Shown piece by piece: positions 1-10,794 of a DNA stretch of 64,000 nucleotides. Position numbers and translations under genes: made by a program. The notes beneath the pieces are model-generated. The model saw only the letters and a program-made list of their open reading frames with translations, did not search any database and had not been told where the DNA came from. The number at the start of each line of letters is the position of its first letter. The stretch's first letter is position 1. Source of the stretch: Candidatus Peribacteria bacterium (GTDB lineage Bacteria > Patescibacteriota > Gracilibacteria > Peribacterales > Peribacteraceae); the NCBI GenBank assembly GCA_041691135.1, contig JBEPVF010000006.1:1-64000 (forward strand), written 5' to 3'.

Positions 1-196
1 GCCCTAACCGCACGACCTCTCGACCGGAGCCGCTCGCAGCCCCAAACCGCACGTCCTCTCGACCGAAAGAAAGCGCAGCCCCAAACCGCACGTCATCTCG
101 ACCGGAGCGAAGCGGAGTGGAGAGACCCCTGTATTTCGCCGTTGCCGTTGCCCGTACCCCATCGGTGTCATCAATGCAAACCGGGTGTTAAGCCTT
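1..196 (+). repeat. REP family A copy (core 91-139) with upstream ~39-bp tandem partials and downstream module
   Basis: CGTCATCTCGACCGGAGC...GTGGAGAGACCCCTGTATTTCG. Confidence 0.9.
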
Positions 197-202
197 TCGC
201 TT

Positions 203-1090
203 CTAAACAGGAAACGACTTCAGCCACTCACGAAACGCCGGTCCAAGGTCCTCGCGCTTAAGAGCAAGCTCGACGGTCGCTTTCAGAAATCCCAGCTTGT
301 CGCCAGCATCGTGACGCGTGCCTTCATAGCTGAAGCCATAGACCTTTTCGTATTGCAGCAGGGCCTTGATGGCGTCGGTAAGCTGTAACTCCCCACCCGC
401 GCCGGGAGTAATGCCTTCGATCATCTCGAAGATGCGCGGCGTGAGAATATAGCGGCCAATAATGGCGTTCTGCGAAGGCGCATCCTCCGGCCTGGGCTTC
501 TCGACCATGTCCTTCACCGCAAGCAGGCGAGGATTCTTCGGGTCAGGCGTGCAATCGAGGCAGCCATAGGCCGAGATGGCCGCGCCTTCCACAACTTCGG
601 AGCCAAGGATGCTGCACTGCGTCTCGTTGAAGGCTTCGACCATCTGCTTCATGCACGGCGTCGAGGCATCGACGATATCGTCCGGCAGCAGAACCGCAAA
701 CGGCTCATTGCCCACGATCTCCTTGGCCTGTAGCACCGCATGCCCAAGCCCAAGCGGCTCCGACTGGCGCGTGTAAGTGATCTTGGCGAGCTTCGACACA
801 CTGCGTGCTATCTCAAGCAGCGCGGTCTTGTTCTTGGCTTCGAGCGCGGCCTCAAGCTCGGGGCTGCGGTCGAAGTGGTCTTCCATAATGCCTTTACCGC
901 GGCTGGTGACGATGATGATCTCGGTGCAACCCGCGGCCACGGCTTCTTCGATACCGTACTGAATCAGCGGCTTATCGACCAGGCAGAGCATCTCTTTGGG
1001 CATGGCCTTGGTGGCGGGTAAAAAGCGCGTGCCCATGCCTGCGGCCGGCAAGACGGCTTTGCGAATCTTCTGGGGAGTCTTTTGGGTCAT
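203..1090 (-). CDS. galU: UTP-glucose-1-phosphate uridylyltransferase
   Basis: KAVLPAAGMGTRFLPATKAMPKEML, VEKP and GGELQLTDAI motifs. Confidence 0.96.
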   Translation of the reverse strand: MTQKTPQKIRKAVLPAAGMGTRFLPATKAMPKEMLCLVDKPLIQYGIEEAVAAGCTEIIIVTSRGKGIMEDHFDRSPELEAALEAKNKTALLEIARSVSKLAKITYTRQSEPLGLGHAVLQAKEIVGNEPFAVLLPDDIVDASTPCMKQMVEAFNETQCSILGSEVVEGAAISAYGCLDCTPDPKNPRLLAVKDMVEKPRPEDAPSQNAIIGRYILTPRIFEMIEGITPGAGGELQLTDAIKALLQYEKVYGFSYEGTRHDAGDKLGFLKATVELALKREDLGPAFREWLKSFPV

Positions 1091-1252
1091 AAATTCCTTG
1101 GATGCAGTTTGGTTATGGAAGATGCTAGCAGGCAGGAGTTACAAAAAAGACAATCCTATAAAGGCAGCAGAAAAGCCTGAGATAACCAAAATAAAAGACA
1201 GAAGAAAAGTCTAAAGAACTCTCTAAAACTCTTCGTCTCAATTCGAAAAGCA

Positions 1253-1317
1253 CGTCATCTCGACCGGAGCCGCGCAGTTTCATCGCGCGGCGTAGTGGAG
1301 AGACCCCTGTATTTCGC
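1253..1317 (+). repeat. REP family A copy (long inner hairpin)
   Basis: Same conserved ends as the copy at 91. Confidence 0.9.
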
Positions 1318-1443
1318 CTTTGTTCTTGTCGTTGCCTGTTCTTTTATCCGGATGCATCAACTTCTATGACAACTTTAAATACCGGTCTGCACTGCTGTAG
1401 CAGCCAGTCTAACCAGTGTAAATCGATGTCAGGCTTCTTTGGC

Positions 1444-3237
1444 TCAAAGCACCGGCGAATCATCGTGCAGCATGGCTTTGCGGATGATCTTGATCGGAGC
1501 GAATCCCTGACGCATGAAGTTGTTGTGGAACGCCTCGAGATTGAAGGCCGCACCCTCTTTCTTCATCATGTCGGCGCGCAGCTTCATGATTTCGAGCTTG
1601 CCCAGCGTGTAATAAAGATAGGTCGGGTCCGAAGTGCCGCGTTTGGTCTCGACGACACCGACGGCGCGTGATTGATAGCCCTCTTTGACGAAGAAGTCTT
1701 CGGCCTGCTCCATCGTCCATTTGCCGCCGGGTTCGCCCTCGCCGCTGTGCAGCTTGATGCTGTTGACGAAGCGGGCATCGCGCAGCAGCGCGTCCTGCAA
1801 CTGTCCCAGGCGAACGAGATGCGACTCGCGAATCTGGGCAGGCGTGGCATCGGGGCCGGGTGCGTCATAGCCCTGATCGAGCATCATCTGCTCGGTGTAG
1901 TGGGCCCAGCCTTCGATGTTGGTATTGGCCCCCAGCAGCTTGCGGATCTTGCTCGAGAACTCAGGCATCCAGAGGAACTGAACGTAGTGTCCGGGATAGG
2001 CCTCATGGACGCTGGTGCTGATGATCGTGCCCACGTTGAAGCTGGCCATGTGCTCGGCGATGTGCTGCGCCGTCCAGTCTTTCTCCGGCAGCGTCACGTT
2101 GAAGTAGGCCTTGCTGGAGTGCGTCTCGAACGGCCCCGGCGGGTCCATCGAAGCGAACGTCGTGGCGCGCATAAACGGCGGTGTCTCTTCGAGCGTAGGC
2201 TGCACCGTGCTCGGGATAGTGATGATGTGGTGCGAGTTGATAAAGGCGATTAGCGAGTCGAAGGTGTTGTGAAACGCCGGTAAAAGCTGGTCGGGAGCCG
2301 GATGAATGGTGGCAAGCTCGGCGAGCACCTGCTGCGGCGTCTTGGTCGGATCGACCTCTTTGGCGACGCGCGCAAACTCGGCCTGGTTCTTATGCAGGTC
2401 GTCGAAGGCGATCTGCAACAGCCGGTCCAGCGGAATATCCACCATCTCGTCGTAAGCCAGCTTCTTGCGGAACGTGTCAGCCCCAAGGCGGAAATCGCCA
2501 TTGGAGCGTGGCAGCAGATCGGTCTTCATCCATGCGCCGTAAGATTTCAGCGCTTCAATCACGCCCGCGTTCGACTTCGCAAAGTCCCCCTTGGTATCAG
2601 GATCGGTAACGGAAGAGAAAGCACTGGGCACATCGTTCTGAAAGAAGCTGACCAGCCCGTCGATCTGCTCCAGCGCGATCTCGGTATAGATGCGCGGCGG
2701 ATTCTTGAGGTTCTTGCGCGCCTCTTCGAGCACCTGCGGAATCAGCTTCTCGCGCTCGACCACAGCGTGCAAGCGAGTATCTGCAGGCGCATAAGGACGC
2801 TCCATAATGACGAAGATGGAATTGGTAACCCCCGAAGAGTAGGTATCAGGATTCTTCTCCCACGGACGAATGACTTCGAGCGTCAGCAGTTGCGAACGGA
2901 TATTGTTCAGCAAAATCTCGCGGTCCCCGGCGACGCTCGCGTCGAGCGCGGTAGGGTCAATCGCTTCGACCTTCTTCTCAAAATCGTGAAGCGCCGCGAT
3001 CTCCTTCTGAACTCCCGCAGCAGAGTAGTCCTCAAGCTGGGTGTCGTACTGGTGCAGCCCCGCGCTGGTTCCGGCCGTAGGCGAGAAGTGAAAGTAGACG
3101 TCCGTGAAGTATTGATCGGAGACGAATTGAAATGTCTGCGGCGCACCGTCGGCGGAGACGTGCTGGGCTGGCAATGCAGTGGGCATAAGAAGAAAAATTC
3201 CAATTGCGAGGATGAGTGCGGCGAAGAGTTTGCGCAT
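1444..3237 (-). CDS. DUF885 family secreted protein (putative metallopeptidase)
   Basis: Signal peptide; HEAYPGHY, EGWAHYTE and YYTLGKLEI motifs typical of DUF885. Confidence 0.88.
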   Translation of the reverse strand: MRKLFAALILAIGIFLLMPTALPAQHVSADGAPQTFQFVSDQYFTDVYFHFSPTAGTSAGLHQYDTQLEDYSAAGVQKEIAALHDFEKKVEAIDPTALDASVAGDREILLNNIRSQLLTLEVIRPWEKNPDTYSSGVTNSIFVIMERPYAPADTRLHAVVEREKLIPQVLEEARKNLKNPPRIYTEIALEQIDGLVSFFQNDVPSAFSSVTDPDTKGDFAKSNAGVIEALKSYGAWMKTDLLPRSNGDFRLGADTFRKKLAYDEMVDIPLDRLLQIAFDDLHKNQAEFARVAKEVDPTKTPQQVLAELATIHPAPDQLLPAFHNTFDSLIAFINSHHIITIPSTVQPTLEETPPFMRATTFASMDPPGPFETHSSKAYFNVTLPEKDWTAQHIAEHMASFNVGTIISTSVHEAYPGHYVQFLWMPEFSSKIRKLLGANTNIEGWAHYTEQMMLDQGYDAPGPDATPAQIRESHLVRLGQLQDALLRDARFVNSIKLHSGEGEPGGKWTMEQAEDFFVKEGYQSRAVGVVETKRGTSDPTYLYYTLGKLEIMKLRADMMKKEGAAFNLEAFHNNFMRQGFAPIKIIRKAMLHDDSPVL

Positions 3238-3252
3238 ATTTTCGAGCCTTGA

Positions 3253-3654
3253 CTAAAAGACTTTGTAATGAACTTCAACGTTGATTATGACTGCGACTGG
3301 TTTCCCTTGCTCGGTTGCTGGCCTGAAGCGGTACTGCTTAACTGCAGCCAGGGCGCTCTTGTCGAAGGTCTGACCGCCGGATCTGACGATGTGAATGTCA
3401 GTGGGAATGCCATTGATAGGAATAGTGAGACCGACGAGGACAACGCCATCCTTGGCTTTATGAAACAGAGGACGCTTAAATTTAGGTTCTACGCTGGAGA
3501 TTAGTACTGGCGGCAAGATGTTTCCACCGATTTTGAGAGGCCTGGGTGCATCTGCGACTGATGTTGTAGCCGAGGCAGGAGCAGGCACCTGGGCAAAAAT
3601 CATAGGCATGGCGAACAGGATCAAAGCCGCAGAGAGAAGAAGTTTGCGTGTCAT
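3253..3654 (-). CDS. TonB C-terminal domain protein
   Basis: Signal peptide from MTRK (ATG 3654; the ORF could extend to 3717); FDKSALAAVKQYRFRPATEQGKPV TonB_C motif. Confidence 0.8.
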   Translation of the reverse strand: MTRKLLLSAALILFAMPMIFAQVPAPASATTSVADAPRPLKIGGNILPPVLISSVEPKFKRPLFHKAKDGVVLVGLTIPINGIPTDIHIVRSGGQTFDKSALAAVKQYRFRPATEQGKPVAVIINVEVHYKVF

Positions 3655-3709
3655 AGAGATTGCAATGAGTTTACGGCACAGAAGGCGCTTGGGCGAAAGC
3701 AAAATCGCC

Positions 3710-6700
3710 TCAACCATGCGTATCTAGTGCATCTAGCAAAGCCCGCGTCTCCGCAAGAACATCTTCGGCCTTGGCGCTGGTCAACGGCCAGCGCAGAATC
3801 CCCTGTGGCGTGAACTGTGCACCTTTTTTCGTGTTGCGGCTGACCAGCTTCATCAGCACTCCGGGATCGACGCTTCGCTCGCGCGCCGGAGCCACACCGG
3901 GAGCCGTAGCAGGTGCTCCGCCCGATAGCCGTTCAGCAAACTTCAGATGCAGCATCTCAACAAAAGTCTTGGTCTTACCCAGTTCGACCTGGGTGCGTTT
4001 GCGGTCGAGCTGCGCAATGCCAAGCAGCTCGCACTGCAGCCGAATCTCTCCAGCCGCCATCAGGTTCAGCACCGACTCCGGCGGCGTGCCATAACGATCC
4101 TGCAACTCCGCGCGAACATCGGCGAGCGTGGCAAAGTCTTCCGCTCCGGCGATGCGCTTGTACATGCGCAGCCGCTGATTTTCTTCGGGAATGTAGTCCG
4201 AGTCGATGCGCACGCTGATGCCGAGGTTGATGACGGTGTTGGCATGGGCAGGCTTGTCATCCTCGCCCTTCATCTTGCGCACGGCCTCTTCCAGCATGGT
4301 GGTGTACATCTCGAAGCCGATGGCCTCGATGTGGCCAGACTGCTCGCCGCCCAGCATATTGCCCGCGCCGCGCAGTTCGAGATCGAGCGCAGCGATCTTA
4401 AATCCCGCGCCCAGGTCCGAGAACTCCTTCAACGCCGCAAGCCTGCGACGCGATACCTCGGTCAGCTCCTTCTCAGGCGGAATCAGAAGATACGAGTAAG
4501 CACGGCGGTTGCTGCGGCCCACCCGCCCACGCAGTTGATACAGTTCGCTCAATCCATGCCGGTCGGCACGGTTGATGATGATGGTATTGGCCAGCGGAAT
4601 ATCGAGGCCGTTTTCAATAATGCTGGTCGCGAGCAGCACATCGTACTCATGATTCATGAAGGCCAGCATCACGCGCTCCAGCTCTGCCTCCGGAAGCTGC
4701 CCATGACCGATGACAACACGCGCCTGTGGCACCAGCTCGCGAATCTTCCCCGCAAGTTCGTAGATAGATTCAACGCGGTTGTGAACGAAATAAGTCTGGC
4801 CGCCGCGCTCCAGCTCCATCTCGATAGCCGTGCGCACCAGCTTCTCGTCGAACTTGGCGACGATAGTCTGGATGGCCATGCGGTCTTTGGGCGGCGTCTC
4901 GATGACGGACATATCCCGCAGCCCGATCAGCGACATATGCAGCGTGCGCGGAATCGGAGTGGCCGACATTGCCAGCACATCAATTGCGGTGCGCATCTGC
5001 TTCAACCGCTCTTTATGCCGCACGCCGAAGCGTTGTTCTTCATCGACCACCAGCAGCCCGAGGTCCTGAAACTTCAAATCTTTGGACAGGATGCGGTGCG
5101 TGCCGATAAGAATATCGACCTTCCCCTGCTCGACCTTTTCTAGAATGATCTTCTGCTCCTTCGCGGTGCGGAAGCGAGAGATCATCTCGATGTTGACGGG
5201 AAAGTTGGCGAAGCGCCGCTTGAACGTCTCATAGTGCTGAAAGCTGAGCACGGTCGTCGGCGTTAGTATGGCAACCTGCTTCGAGTCCTGCACCGCCTTG
5301 AACGCCGCGCGCATGGCAACCTCGGTCTTGCCGTAGCCCACGTCGCCGCAGAGCAGGCGGTCCATCGGCTGCGTCGATTCCATATCCCGCTTGATGTCGG
5401 CAATGGCGTTGAGCTGGTCGTCGGTCTCGTTGAAGTCGAAGGCGTCCTCGAACTCGCGCTGCATGTTCGTATCCGGCGAAAAAGGCGTGCCCTGAATCGA
5501 CTCGCGTTGGGCATAGAGCTTCAGCAGCTCGGCGGCCATATCGGCCATCGCCTTCTTGACTCGCGCCTTGGTCTTCTGCCACCCCTGCGTGCCCAGCTTG
5601 TTCAGCTGCGGAGCAGGCCCCGTGTCCGTGCTGCGGTACTTCTGGATCAGATCGAGCCGGGTAAGAGGAACGTAGAGCTTGGCCTCGTCGGCAAACTCCA
5701 GAATCATCAACTCCAGTGGCGGCGCATCGTTCTCTTCGATGACGCGCAGGCCGCAGTATTGCGCGATGCCATGCTCAACGTGGACGACGTAATCACCAAC
5801 AGCAAGATCGCGAAAGTCGGAGATGAACGCAGCAGCCTTCGACTTGCCGCGCCGCGCCGTCCGCACCGTCACATCGGCATCGTCGGATAAATCCTGCGCG
5901 CCAAAGATGACGACCTGTCGCGCTGTCGTTCGGTCAAGATCAAGTATCTGCACGCCTGCCGCGATAGTCGTCTTCACGATGACCGGGGTGCGCAAATCAC
6001 CCGCAAGATAGCTGGACTCCGAATAAACCGTCGAGCTACCGTGCTGCTCCGTGCGCGAGCCCAGCCGATAGGGAACCTGATATTCCTGCAAAAGCCCAGC
6101 AAGCCGCTCCACCTCTCCCTGGTTCGGGGCGGTGAGCAGGATGCGCGCGTCCTGCTTCATGAGCACGTTGAGCTGATCGATCAGCGCGGGAATGCTGCCA
6201 TGAAACCGCTGCGTAGGGCGAGTAGCAAAGTCCACCTCCGACAGGTCGCTGCGGTCGGCGTCGAGCACATCGACCGCGCCAAGCTGGTCCAACTCGCAGC
6301 CGCAGAACTTGCGCAAACGATCGTCAAGGTCCCACGGCGAAAGATAAATATCTTCAGGGCGAACCAGATTGCCGATGCCCGAGCGATCATGCCGCTGCTC
6401 AACTTTGTTCCACCAGCGCTCCCCCTGATTCTTCACCATCGCAGGCTCTTCGATGAAGACGCGCGGCGCAGGCCCGCTGGCCGTCAGCAGTTCGAGCAGC
6501 GTATGGGTCGCTCCAGCAACCGGTGCAAAAAACTCCCAGCCGGGAAAAATAGTGGCCTCCCCCGTGCGCGTGGCAACGTGCGTCTGCAACTCGACCGGTT
6601 CCTCTCCGCCTTCAATGGCTGCGCCAGCAATTCCGCTGCGAGTAAGCCGCGCATTGATCGCGCTCAGGACCTTCTCGGTGACAGGAATCTCGGTAAGCGG

Positions 6701-7405
6701 CAGCAGCAACGCTTCATCCAGCGGACTGCTGCTGCGCTGCGTCTCGGCGTCGAAGGTGCGGATGGACTCGATCTCGTCGCCAAAAAAGTCGATGCGTACC
6801 GGGTGGCCCATCTCGGGCGAGTAGACGTCGATGATGCCGCCGCGCAGCGTAACCTGTCCCGGCATCTCCACCACGTCGACGCGGCTGTAGCCGACCGAGA
6901 GCAGATGCTCGATCAGCATGTCCGGCATGTACTCCTCGCCGACCTTCAGGTGCAGCGCCAGCGCCTTGTAGAAGTCCCGCGTAAACAGCTTCATGCAGGC
7001 AGCTTCGACCGGAGCAATCACCAGCCGTGCCGTCCCATTGGCGATCTTCCAAAGCGTCGCCGCCCGCGTCTCCTGAATCTCGGGATGCGGCGAGAGATTT
7101 TCAAATGGCAGCACATCGTGGGCAGGCAGCCGCAAAACCTGCGTGGGGTCCAGCGCCCCGGTCAACTCGCAGGCCGACAGCACCGCCGCATGGAGCGCCT
7201 CCGCAGCTTTGTTGTCAGAGACGATAATCACGCACGGTGCATCCGCCGCCCGAACAAACAGCGGCAGGTAAAGCGCTCGCGCCGTCGAGGTCAGTCCAGA
7301 CACACGTCTGCGCCCGGTGCCTGCGCTCAGGTGGCGGCGCACACGTTCAAAAGCCTCAGAGTGTTCAAGGTCCGCAAGCAGTTCGCGGACGAAAGGCAAA
7401 ACCAT
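3710..7405 (-). CDS. mfd: Transcription-repair coupling factor
   Basis: 1231 aa; CarD-like VVHVEHGI, GDVGYGKTEVA, DEEQRFG, QLRGRVGRS and TRCF C-terminal domain. Confidence 0.97.
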   Translation of the reverse strand: MVLPFVRELLADLEHSEAFERVRRHLSAGTGRRRVSGLTSTARALYLPLFVRAADAPCVIIVSDNKAAEALHAAVLSACELTGALDPTQVLRLPAHDVLPFENLSPHPEIQETRAATLWKIANGTARLVIAPVEAACMKLFTRDFYKALALHLKVGEEYMPDMLIEHLLSVGYSRVDVVEMPGQVTLRGGIIDVYSPEMGHPVRIDFFGDEIESIRTFDAETQRSSSPLDEALLLPLTEIPVTEKVLSAINARLTRSGIAGAAIEGGEEPVELQTHVATRTGEATIFPGWEFFAPVAGATHTLLELLTASGPAPRVFIEEPAMVKNQGERWWNKVEQRHDRSGIGNLVRPEDIYLSPWDLDDRLRKFCGCELDQLGAVDVLDADRSDLSEVDFATRPTQRFHGSIPALIDQLNVLMKQDARILLTAPNQGEVERLAGLLQEYQVPYRLGSRTEQHGSSTVYSESSYLAGDLRTPVIVKTTIAAGVQILDLDRTTARQVVIFGAQDLSDDADVTVRTARRGKSKAAAFISDFRDLAVGDYVVHVEHGIAQYCGLRVIEENDAPPLELMILEFADEAKLYVPLTRLDLIQKYRSTDTGPAPQLNKLGTQGWQKTKARVKKAMADMAAELLKLYAQRESIQGTPFSPDTNMQREFEDAFDFNETDDQLNAIADIKRDMESTQPMDRLLCGDVGYGKTEVAMRAAFKAVQDSKQVAILTPTTVLSFQHYETFKRRFANFPVNIEMISRFRTAKEQKIILEKVEQGKVDILIGTHRILSKDLKFQDLGLLVVDEEQRFGVRHKERLKQMRTAIDVLAMSATPIPRTLHMSLIGLRDMSVIETPPKDRMAIQTIVAKFDEKLVRTAIEMELERGGQTYFVHNRVESIYELAGKIRELVPQARVVIGHGQLPEAELERVMLAFMNHEYDVLLATSIIENGLDIPLANTIIINRADRHGLSELYQLRGRVGRSNRRAYSYLLIPPEKELTEVSRRRLAALKEFSDLGAGFKIAALDLELRGAGNMLGGEQSGHIEAIGFEMYTTMLEEAVRKMKGEDDKPAHANTVINLGISVRIDSDYIPEENQRLRMYKRIAGAEDFATLADVRAELQDRYGTPPESVLNLMAAGEIRLQCELLGIAQLDRKRTQVELGKTKTFVEMLHLKFAERLSGGAPATAPGVAPARERSVDPGVLMKLVSRNTKKGAQFTPQGILRWPLTSAKAEDVLAETRALLDALDTHG

Positions 7406-7435
7406 GCTGGTTCGATTCTAGCGGACTGCGAGCGA

Positions 7436-8446
7436 TCAGACGGTCACGACGATCTTCCCGATCTGCGCGTTGGACTCCATGTACCGGTGAGCGGCGACGA
7501 TTTCGCTAAGAGGAAAGACCTTATCGACGCGCGGTTTGAAGTCACCCGCCAGGATGTGATCGAAGATGTACTGTTTGGCCTTTGGGAAGGCCTCAGGATT
7601 GGTGACGATCTCGAAGAGCGTATATCCCTTGATGGTGAGACGGCGTGTCAGCGCAGTAAAGAGCGGGAAAGGCGTAGGTTTCGGATCAAGGCCACCATAC
7701 TCGAAGATCGTGCCGCCGATGGCGGTGATGTTTGCGAGGACCTCCAGCCCTGGCCCGGCAACGGGATCGAAGACAAGGCGTGCGCCCTTGCCGCCGGTGA
7801 TCTCCTTCACGCGGGTGGCCAGGTCTTCTTCGCCGGTGACGATGACGTGATCCGCGCCCAACGCGAGCAGTTCCGCTTTCTTGGCTGAGGTGCGGGTGGC
7901 CGCGATGCTGATAGCACCTTCAGCCTTCGCAATTTCAATGGCGGCGAGGCCGACGCTGCTGCTGGCGGCGGTGAGCAGGACAAAGTCGCCGCGGGTGATC
8001 CTGCCAAAGTGGACGAGCGCGCCATAGGCGGTAAGGTACTGCATCCAGATGGAGGTCCCTTCCTCGTAAGAGAGCGTGGAGGGATACTCGGCGAGTGCGG
8101 TTGCGGGGACGATGGCGATCTCGCCATAGACGCCGTATTGCGTAAGTTGGAAAGAGGGAACCGTGCTGGCGGTCTTATTCAGCCAGATGGGATCGACGCC
8201 AGCGCCGATCGCTTCGACGATGCCGGATGCCTCGTAGCCAAGCTTCGAGGGGAACGTCGGCTGGTAGAGGTAGTGGCCTTCACGGAACATGACCTCGGCG
8301 CGGTTCAGGCCGATTGCTTTGACGCGAATGCGAACCTCGCCTTCGCCCGGCTCCGGCAGCGCGAGCTCTTCCAGTTCGAGAACTTCAGCGCCACCGGTCT
8401 GGTGAAAGCGGACGATCTTGGCGGTCTTGGCGGTTTCTGCGGACAT
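7436..8446 (-). CDS. Zn-independent MDR family quinone oxidoreductase / alcohol dehydrogenase-like
   Basis: GYEASG, AASSSVG NADPH-binding loop and AHRYMESNAQIGKIVV. Confidence 0.88.
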   Translation of the reverse strand: MSAETAKTAKIVRFHQTGGAEVLELEELALPEPGEGEVRIRVKAIGLNRAEVMFREGHYLYQPTFPSKLGYEASGIVEAIGAGVDPIWLNKTASTVPSFQLTQYGVYGEIAIVPATALAEYPSTLSYEEGTSIWMQYLTAYGALVHFGRITRGDFVLLTAASSSVGLAAIEIAKAEGAISIAATRTSAKKAELLALGADHVIVTGEEDLATRVKEITGGKGARLVFDPVAGPGLEVLANITAIGGTIFEYGGLDPKPTPFPLFTALTRRLTIKGYTLFEIVTNPEAFPKAKQYIFDHILAGDFKPRVDKVFPLSEIVAAHRYMESNAQIGKIVVTV

Positions 8447-8647
8447 TGATATCTCCTGTGGCGATTGGATTCGCGTCGCTGGTTTAAGTTTCAGGGTCTC
8501 ATAGCGCCGCTCCGAAGATTGTAGATGCCGGTGTTTTCAAGCGTTATGCGGTTGGAGTAGTATCTTGCACCCACAGGCAAGACAGCCTGCGATGCTGCCC
8601 GATTTACAGGGGACCGCGATGCTTCGGACAGCCGATGTTGCCGGAGG

Positions 8648-9649
8648 ATGAGCATGGACACTTTGGTGAAGCGAGTTCTTTTAGCACTCTTCGTTGCGGC
8701 CTTTCCGCTGCTGACAGGATGCACCAGGCACAGCAAAAGCGAGCACTACTATCTGGTCGCGACTAACATCAACCTGCCTTATTGGAAGACGGCAGCCGAC
8801 GGATTTCAGGCGGCAGCGGCCCAATATAACGTCACCGCCGAGGTCTGGGGGCCAACCACGTTCGACCCGCAGGACGAAGTCACCGAGTTTCACAAGATCG
8901 CGGCACGCAAGCCCGCGGGAATCCTTGTCTCGGTCGCCAATGCCGAATTGATGGGACCAGAGATCGACGCGGCCATTGCGGCGGGGATTCCGGTGATTAC
9001 CATCGACTCGGACGCTCCGGCCAGCCATCGGCTCTACTTTATTGGCACCAACAATCTGGAGGCAGGCCGCTTAGGAGGGGCACGGGTATCGGCACAATTG
9101 AACGGCAAAGGCAACGTGGTCTTCTTTACCATCGCCGGACAGCCCAATCTGCAAGAGCGGCTGAAGGGCTACAAGGATGCTTTCGCAAGCTCCCCCGACA
9201 TCAAGATTGTGGATGTCTTCGACATGAAGGGCGACTCCGGGCTGGCCATGGACAAGGCGCAGGAGTACCTCGGCAAGACCGGCAAAGACAAGATCGACGC
9301 GATGATCTGTCTCGAGGCCTCGGCAGGCAAAGACGTGGGCGAAGCCTACAAGCGGGCTAACGTCAAGGACCGGCTGCTGGTGGCGATGGATGTGGACACC
9401 GCGACGCTGAACCTGGTCAAGGATGGCACCGTCGACTCGACCATCTCGCAAAAGCCCTACACCATGGCGTTCTTAGGATTGAAAGGGTTGGACGACGTTC
9501 ATCACTATCCGGTCAAGCCACTGACGGCCGACTTTGGGTTGGATACGCTCTCTCCATTCCCGGCATTTATCGATACGGGAGTGTCGCTCATCGACAAAAC
9601 CAACGTGGATAGCCTCCTCAATCGAAGCAAAAATGCAGGATCGCAATAG
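8648..9649 (+). CDS. Sugar-binding periplasmic lipoprotein (RbsB-like), no adjacent permease
   Basis: Lipobox LTGC; IPVITIDSD, IGTNN and ISQKPY motifs. Confidence 0.85.
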   Translation: MSMDTLVKRVLLALFVAAFPLLTGCTRHSKSEHYYLVATNINLPYWKTAADGFQAAAAQYNVTAEVWGPTTFDPQDEVTEFHKIAARKPAGILVSVANAELMGPEIDAAIAAGIPVITIDSDAPASHRLYFIGTNNLEAGRLGGARVSAQLNGKGNVVFFTIAGQPNLQERLKGYKDAFASSPDIKIVDVFDMKGDSGLAMDKAQEYLGKTGKDKIDAMICLEASAGKDVGEAYKRANVKDRLLVAMDVDTATLNLVKDGTVDSTISQKPYTMAFLGLKGLDDVHHYPVKPLTADFGLDTLSPFPAFIDTGVSLIDKTNVDSLLNRSKNAGSQ

Positions 9650-9729
9650 GACAACCGCACACGAAGTGGGCAGGGAATATCGAATAGTCTGGTTGCAAAA
9701 CCAGAGGGCTCAATCGCGCCTCAAAAACA

Positions 9730-9790
9730 CGTCATCTCGACCGGACCCTGAGCGCAGTCGAAGGGGTAGTGGAGAGACCCCTGTATTTCG
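9730..9790 (+). repeat. REP family A copy (CCCTGAGC...GTCGAAGGG insert)
   Basis: Same conserved ends. Confidence 0.9.
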
Positions 9791-9799
9791 TCGTTGTCT

Positions 9800-10711
9800 T
9801 TACCGCTGCACATCCTCGTCATGCCGCTTCGTGGCGGAAATTGGACTGTCCGGCTCCGGCGGAAGCGCCTCGGCCTCGGCGTCGCCGCCATAGACCACCT
9901 GTCCGTATTCGAGCAGCGTCACCATGCCGACGCCCCCGCAGATATTGCCCGCGACCGCCAGCCATAGCCAGTGCAGAAAGCTCGTCAAAGAAGCCTGCCC
10001 CACCAGCACCGCAGTCAGAATCTCGCCGCTGGCCGCGATGCAGTGAGCAAAGTTGCCCAGTCCTACGACGAAGGCCAGCATCCAGATAATCATCACCGAC
10101 CCGGTGATCGAGTGCGAGCCCGAGACCAGCCACGCCACCGTCGCAATGATCCAGCCGCCCATCACCCCGCTCCAGAAGATCGTCTGCGAGGGATGATGTA
10201 GTGCTTCAAGTCCCAGTTGCGACAGCGCATGCACCATGTTCGTATGCAGCGCTCCGGTAAGCCCGGCAATGGCGGCAAAGGCCAGCGCCCCCAGCACGTT
10301 GGCCGGAAGCACGATGCCCCACAGCCGCAGCGTCTTCCACAGATGCTTCTTTTCAGAGAGCACCAGTGCCACGGGGTAAAGCGTATTTTCGGTGAAGAGC
10401 TGCGAGCGCCCGAGGATCACCACGATGAACCCCAGCGGATAAAACATCTTCGCGATAAAGAGCGTGGTGTTCGTCGGCTCCGTCCCCGGTGCGGTCAGCA
10501 GGGCGATTGCAATCGCATTGCCCAATCCCGACAGCCCCATAAAGATGCCGCCCGCCAACCCGGAGATGGCAAGCGCCACGCTCGATCGGCCCAGCTCCTG
10601 GCGCGCGTTGTTCGCCACCTGCTCGTAGATGTCCTGTGCGCTGGGGCGTTCCAGGTTCTTTTGCGCTTCATTCTTCGGGGCAGGCTGGAGTGGGCGTAGA
10701 CGATAGGGCAT
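9800..10711 (-). CDS. Formate/nitrite transporter family protein (YfdC-like)
   Basis: YPLGFIVVILGRSQLFTENT, FAHCIA and GNICGG motifs; start set at MPYRL. Confidence 0.88.
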   Translation of the reverse strand: MPYRLRPLQPAPKNEAQKNLERPSAQDIYEQVANNARQELGRSSVALAISGLAGGIFMGLSGLGNAIAIALLTAPGTEPTNTTLFIAKMFYPLGFIVVILGRSQLFTENTLYPVALVLSEKKHLWKTLRLWGIVLPANVLGALAFAAIAGLTGALHTNMVHALSQLGLEALHHPSQTIFWSGVMGGWIIATVAWLVSGSHSITGSVMIIWMLAFVVGLGNFAHCIAASGEILTAVLVGQASLTSFLHWLWLAVAGNICGGVGMVTLLEYGQVVYGGDAEAEALPPEPDSPISATKRHDEDVQR

Positions 10712-10794
10712 AGGCTTCCTTGGTTTTTTGAGAGGTGCACTTGTGAGATGCAAAAACAACCGGCGTCGCGGCGCTTGTTAGAATCAACTTGATT

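Noticed and set aside
6041-7888. Long antisense or alternative-frame ORFs (e.g. 6041-7888, 21096-22853, 22775-24322, 24151-25644, 35053-36918)
   Set aside because: Shadow ORFs of high-GC genes on the opposite strand; Arg/Pro-rich with no motifs.
9769-10089. Family of small ORFs starting MERPLYF or MPPQWRDP (also 27610, 32395, 38708, 38740, 45989 and the N-terminal extension to 40695)
   Set aside because: These are translations of REP family A, not genes.
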